Source of the DNA: Candidatus Multivoradales bacterium
GTDB lineage: Bacteria > Acidobacteriota > Thermoanaerobaculia > Multivoradales > Multivoraceae
Assembly: GCA_965223325.1 (NCBI GenBank)
Contig: CBDCWI010000002.1
Location: forward strand, 576,001 to 640,000
DNA: 64,000 bases
Direction: 5' to 3'
Below the pieces are notes generated by a model that saw only the letters and a program-made list of their open reading frames with translations, ran no database searches and was not told where the DNA came from. The position numbers and the translations under genes are program-made. How positions within the stretch are numbered: position 1 is the first letter of the stretch; the number at the start of each line of letters is the position of its first letter. Below, piece after piece: positions 60,501 through 64,000 of the stretch.

Positions 60501-62830
60501 GAAAGCGGATTGCCGCCTGGCTCGCCGGCCTCGCTGCACGGCGCCCGGTTCTCTTGCTGGCCGTTGCAACCGTCCCGGCCCTCCTGGTCGTCACTGCGCT
60601 CCCGGGGCTGCCCGTCGACATGAGCTTCGCCGGCATGATGGACCGCCAGGATCCCGAGGTCGAGCGCTACTTCAGGACCCTGGGCGAGCTCGAGATGGGG
60701 GGCGAGGTTCTGCTCCTGCTCGAGGGGCCCGACGAACTGCTCGACGACGCCGCCCGCCGCGTCATGACGGCGGCGGCCGCAAACCCCGACGTGGTGGGCA
60801 CGGATTCGGGCGTGCCGGCCGAATGGCTAGAAGAGAACGCCGCCTGGCTCGCTCCGAGAGACCTCTTCGACCAGTGGCTGGCCTGGGTCGAGGGTTCCGA
60901 AGACATCGCCGAGGGTATGAAGCTCCTCGCGCGCTTTCGAGAGCTCCAAGAGTCGACGCGCACCGAAGGGTCGCGCCTGGTCACCATTCGCCTACGGCGA
61001 CATCCACTCGAAGTCGACTTCGGAGGCAGCGAGTTTCTTCGCCTCGAAGAACAGATCCTGGCGTCCATCGACGACCACCGCATCTCCGCTGGGCTCTCTG
61101 GGCTGCCGGCCGTTGCCGCCCAGGACCAGAGCCGCACCATGGGTTCGATCAAGCGACTCACCCCGGTCAGCCTGTTACTCGCTCTCCTTCTGTTTCGCTT
61201 CCTCGAACCGCGGCTGCTCGGCCTCTTGGCGGTTCTCGCACCGCTTGCTCTGGCCGTTGTGGTCACGCTTGTTCTGACCGGATGGATTCTGGGCGGCATC
61301 ACTGTGATGGAGACCTTCTTTGGCATCATGGTCTTCGGTCTCGGCATCGATTTCGGCATTCACCTCTTGAGCCGGCTGCAGGAAGAACAAGCAGCCGGAA
61401 AGCCCTTCGAAGTCGCGTTGTCGAACGCTCTCGCCCTCTCGGGCGCAGGCGTCGCCGCCGGCGCCGTCACCACCGGTGGCGCCTTCCTGATCGTCGCCAT
61501 GGCTCCCGAGCCGGTTGCCAGGCATCTCGGCTTCCCAGGTGGCATCGGACTGCTCCTCTGCCTTGCGCTCACCTTCACGGTGCTTCCCGCACTGTGGGCC
61601 TTACTCGAGCGACTGCCCAACAAGGTGCCCCCGAGAGCGTTCTCGCGATCGGATGCAACGGGCTCGGCATCCAAGAGACCCCTCGGCCCACTCGAACGCA
61701 TCGCCGCCGCGGCGACCGAGCGCGCCAACCTGACGATCGCTATGGCCGGAGTCCTCGCCGTCACCGCGATGCTCGGGACTGCTCGCTGGGAATTCGAAAC
61801 CGACCTGACCAAGGTCTTCAATCGACAGGTTCCCGCCCTCGCGGTGGTCGAAAGGGTCCAGGAACTCCACGGTCTGAACGGAGCTCCATGGTTCGTCGCA
61901 GTCGCTGATGAGGCTGCGGCAGCGCAGCTGGTCGAGAAGTTCGAAGCGCACCCGACCTTTGCCCGCGTCATGAGTCTGAGCAATCTCCTGCCCGCCGACG
62001 TCACGGAGCGCCAACGCGCCCTGGCAGCCTGGTCTGGCAGAGCACCGGCCGGTTCTTCTCCGATGTGGTCGCTCGCAGCGGCGCCACTCTTATCGGCGAA
62101 GCAGAACGGACCTCCAGGCATCGAAGATCTTCCTCAGGTCCTTCGCAAACGCCTGGTGGCGCCAACGGGAGAGCTCATCGTCTACGCCTGGGCAACGCGC
62201 TCTCCGCTGTCGGGCGAGGAGGCACTTGGGCAGCGCATCGCGGCGCAATCGATTGCTCCTCGGGCCACCTCACTCGGCGTCCTGATCGAGAACATTCTCG
62301 GAGCCGAGCGCCCCTGGCTGTGGCGCCTCCTAACGGCGATCCTGGCCTTCGTCGCTCTCGTGCTGTGGGTCGATTTCAGGTCTCTCTGGCTCTCGGTGCT
62401 CGCCCTGGTCCCGGTGACCCTCGGCGTCATCGGAACGATCGGGATTCTCTGCTGGACGGGCACCGCCTTCAACGTCATGACCGTGATGGTCGTGCCGCTG
62501 ATCCTGGGCCTCGGCGTCGACGACGGGATTCACGTCGTGCACCGGCTGCGTGAGGACGGCGGACACGATCCGGCGGCGGCAGCCGCAGCCGTGGGACGAG
62601 CCATCACCATGACAACCGCCACGACCTGCTCGAGCTTCTTCGTCCTCTTGTTCGCTGATCACCCCGGGCTCGAGTCGATGGCCTGGGTCATGCTGATCGG
62701 CCTACCGCTCTGCCTGTTGACCTCGATCACCGTCCTGCCAGCACTGGCTCGAAAGCTCGGGTCAAAGGTCTTCGCGCCATCGCCCGAGGTCGCCAGGGAG
62801 TCGGCGACGGGAAATCCGGCTGTTCTCTGA
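60497..62830 (+). CDS. MMPL/RND family transporter
   Basis: Two repeats with GLGIDFGIH and GLGVDDGIH; about 12 TM segments. Confidence 0.9.
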   Translation: MRKRIAAWLAGLAARRPVLLLAVATVPALLVVTALPGLPVDMSFAGMMDRQDPEVERYFRTLGELEMGGEVLLLLEGPDELLDDAARRVMTAAAANPDVVGTDSGVPAEWLEENAAWLAPRDLFDQWLAWVEGSEDIAEGMKLLARFRELQESTRTEGSRLVTIRLRRHPLEVDFGGSEFLRLEEQILASIDDHRISAGLSGLPAVAAQDQSRTMGSIKRLTPVSLLLALLLFRFLEPRLLGLLAVLAPLALAVVVTLVLTGWILGGITVMETFFGIMVFGLGIDFGIHLLSRLQEEQAAGKPFEVALSNALALSGAGVAAGAVTTGGAFLIVAMAPEPVARHLGFPGGIGLLLCLALTFTVLPALWALLERLPNKVPPRAFSRSDATGSASKRPLGPLERIAAAATERANLTIAMAGVLAVTAMLGTARWEFETDLTKVFNRQVPALAVVERVQELHGLNGAPWFVAVADEAAAAQLVEKFEAHPTFARVMSLSNLLPADVTERQRALAAWSGRAPAGSSPMWSLAAAPLLSAKQNGPPGIEDLPQVLRKRLVAPTGELIVYAWATRSPLSGEEALGQRIAAQSIAPRATSLGVLIENILGAERPWLWRLLTAILAFVALVLWVDFRSLWLSVLALVPVTLGVIGTIGILCWTGTAFNVMTVMVVPLILGLGVDDGIHVVHRLREDGGHDPAAAAAAVGRAITMTTATTCSSFFVLLFADHPGLESMAWVMLIGLPLCLLTSITVLPALARKLGSKVFAPSPEVARESATGNPAVL

Positions 62831-62894
62831 CTCCCTTTGAGACAAGCCCCCTCTGGGGCCTCTCATTGTTCTCCTTTTCTTGGAACCCCCGTTC

Positions 62895-63215
62895 ATGAAT
62901 CACCTGCTTCAACAGGTCGGCCAGCACATGGTCGACGTCGCACCTCCCGACTTCGCCGCCGCTCGGCTGATCGTCACCGTCCACGAAGGCAACGTCGAAG
63001 TGCTCTCGCGCTTCGAGGACGAGAACGGCGAGAGCTCGGACCTGCCCATCGACATTCTGCTCGTCGCTCCTCTCTGGCTCGAGATCCGCAGTCATCTCGC
63101 CAAGGAAACGGGGCGCGAGCCCTTTGAGGCGGCGACCTTCACGCTCGCCAACGATGGCCACTTCGACCTCGACCTGCGCTACGAAGATGACGAGCCGCAG
63201 GACGAGGGCAGGTAG
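62895..63215 (+). CDS. Small acidic YezG/DUF600-like immunity protein
   Basis: L...G......P.DF...; C-terminal EPF.AATFTLANDGHFDLDLRY resembles the YezG-type terminus. Confidence 0.55.
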   Translation: MNHLLQQVGQHMVDVAPPDFAAARLIVTVHEGNVEVLSRFEDENGESSDLPIDILLVAPLWLEIRSHLAKETGREPFEAATFTLANDGHFDLDLRYEDDEPQDEGR

Positions 63216-63221
63216 TCCGTC

Positions 63222-64000
63222 ATGGCCTGGCTTCCCTATCCCACGCTCTCGCGTCTCCCATCGAGGCCCACCGCGAACGATTCGGTTGCTGCCGCCCCGG
63301 CAGAGGGCCCGGACCGCGAACATTCATCGCCGAGCTCTCTTCCTGGTGACGTCATTGGCGATGTCTTCGAGAGTGCCGCCAACGACAACCCGGACCGCTC
63401 CCTGTTCGACGGCCGCCTCGACCTGCGTAGGTCCGCACAAGCGCAAGCTGTCGACCCCGAAGACGGGTGCAGCTGTGAGAACGAAGGCGAACAGGCATCC
63501 GTCGCAACGGCAAGGCAACAGCGGCGCCCCGAACCCAACCGTCTCTACCGAGTGGGTGACTACATCTACCGGACCGACACGTTCGGCCGGGTGACCTGCG
63601 CTTCGGGCAAGCTGCGACTCGAGAAGGGGGGCCGCTCAGCCTACTGGCAGAAGAAGGTCGGTGACAGCGGTTACTGGCACGACGACGGCGGCCACCTGAT
63701 CGGCGATCAGTTCGGCGGCAAGTCGACGCCGCTCAACATGCTTCCCCAGCACTGGGGTCTCAACCGCGGAGCCGGCAGTACCTGGCGATTCGAGATCGAA
63801 GACAAACTCGCCGGCCTGCTCGAAGACGGGCACGAGGTCTGGCTGAAGGTTCGCCCGCAGTACGCGCCGGTCGCCGCCGCAGATTCAGTCGCCGCTACGC
63901 GTCCGATCGCCTACGCAGTCGAATACCGAGTGGTCCTCCATGGCGAAGCTGCCAAGACCGCCCCGGAAGCCGACTACGTCGTGCGCCACTACCTCTACAA
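63222..64000 (+). CDS. DNA/RNA non-specific endonuclease (NS_2 type) toxin-like protein, 3' truncated; absent from the ORF track
   Basis: Manual translation from ATG 63222: ...YIYRTDTFGRV...DDGGHLIGDQFGGKSTPLNMLPQHWGLNRG...W..E; frame open to the window end. Confidence 0.85.
   Translation, partial: MAWLPYPTLSRLPSRPTANDSVAAAPAEGPDREHSSPSSLPGDVIGDVFESAANDNPDRSLFDGRLDLRRSAQAQAVDPEDGCSCENEGEQASVATARQQRRPEPNRLYRVGDYIYRTDTFGRVTCASGKLRLEKGGRSAYWQKKVGDSGYWHDDGGHLIGDQFGGKSTPLNMLPQHWGLNRGAGSTWRFEIEDKLAGLLEDGHEVWLKVRPQYAPVAAADSVAATRPIAYAVEYRVVLHGEAAKTAPEADYVVRHYLY

Overview
High-GC bacterial genomic DNA. Acidobacteriota (possibly Thermoanaerobaculia) is inferred from the 'CL..GRF.V...FWFF...N.E..VKVLDAC' and 'LFEDGFESG' tails and the DUF4388/STAS/FHA-GAF-PP2C content. 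Most of the window is housekeeping and envelope genes: P450, subclass B3 metallo-beta-lactamase, two tandem NAD-IDH paralogues, PBP, argG, MATE, TonB receptor/FecR/ECF sigma, sucA-sucB-lpdA, a MoxR-DUF58-BatABCDE operon, NtrC-type regulator, CotH, MMPL. The main observations are: (1) a complete group II intron (16872-18781) inserted into one unit of a 240-bp tandem REP/BIME-like array, with its EBS1 matching the repeat, a second 11-nt exon-complementary segment unusually placed 3' of EBS1, a non-canonical 5' end, and empty target sites in sister units and in a second array of the same family at 27.6-28.2 kb; (2) a selenoprotein missed by the ORF track (in-frame TGA in a WUPFC motif followed by a SECIS-like hairpin); (3) a RAYT-type HUH transposase with its own flanking palindromes; (4) a 166-bp MITE with perfect 24-bp TIRs; (5) an alpha/beta-like IDH3-type pair; (6) two orphan toxin-like enzyme/partner pairs (lysozyme plus lipoprotein; YezG-like protein plus NS_2 nuclease). 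No rRNA, tRNA or CRISPR array was recognised.
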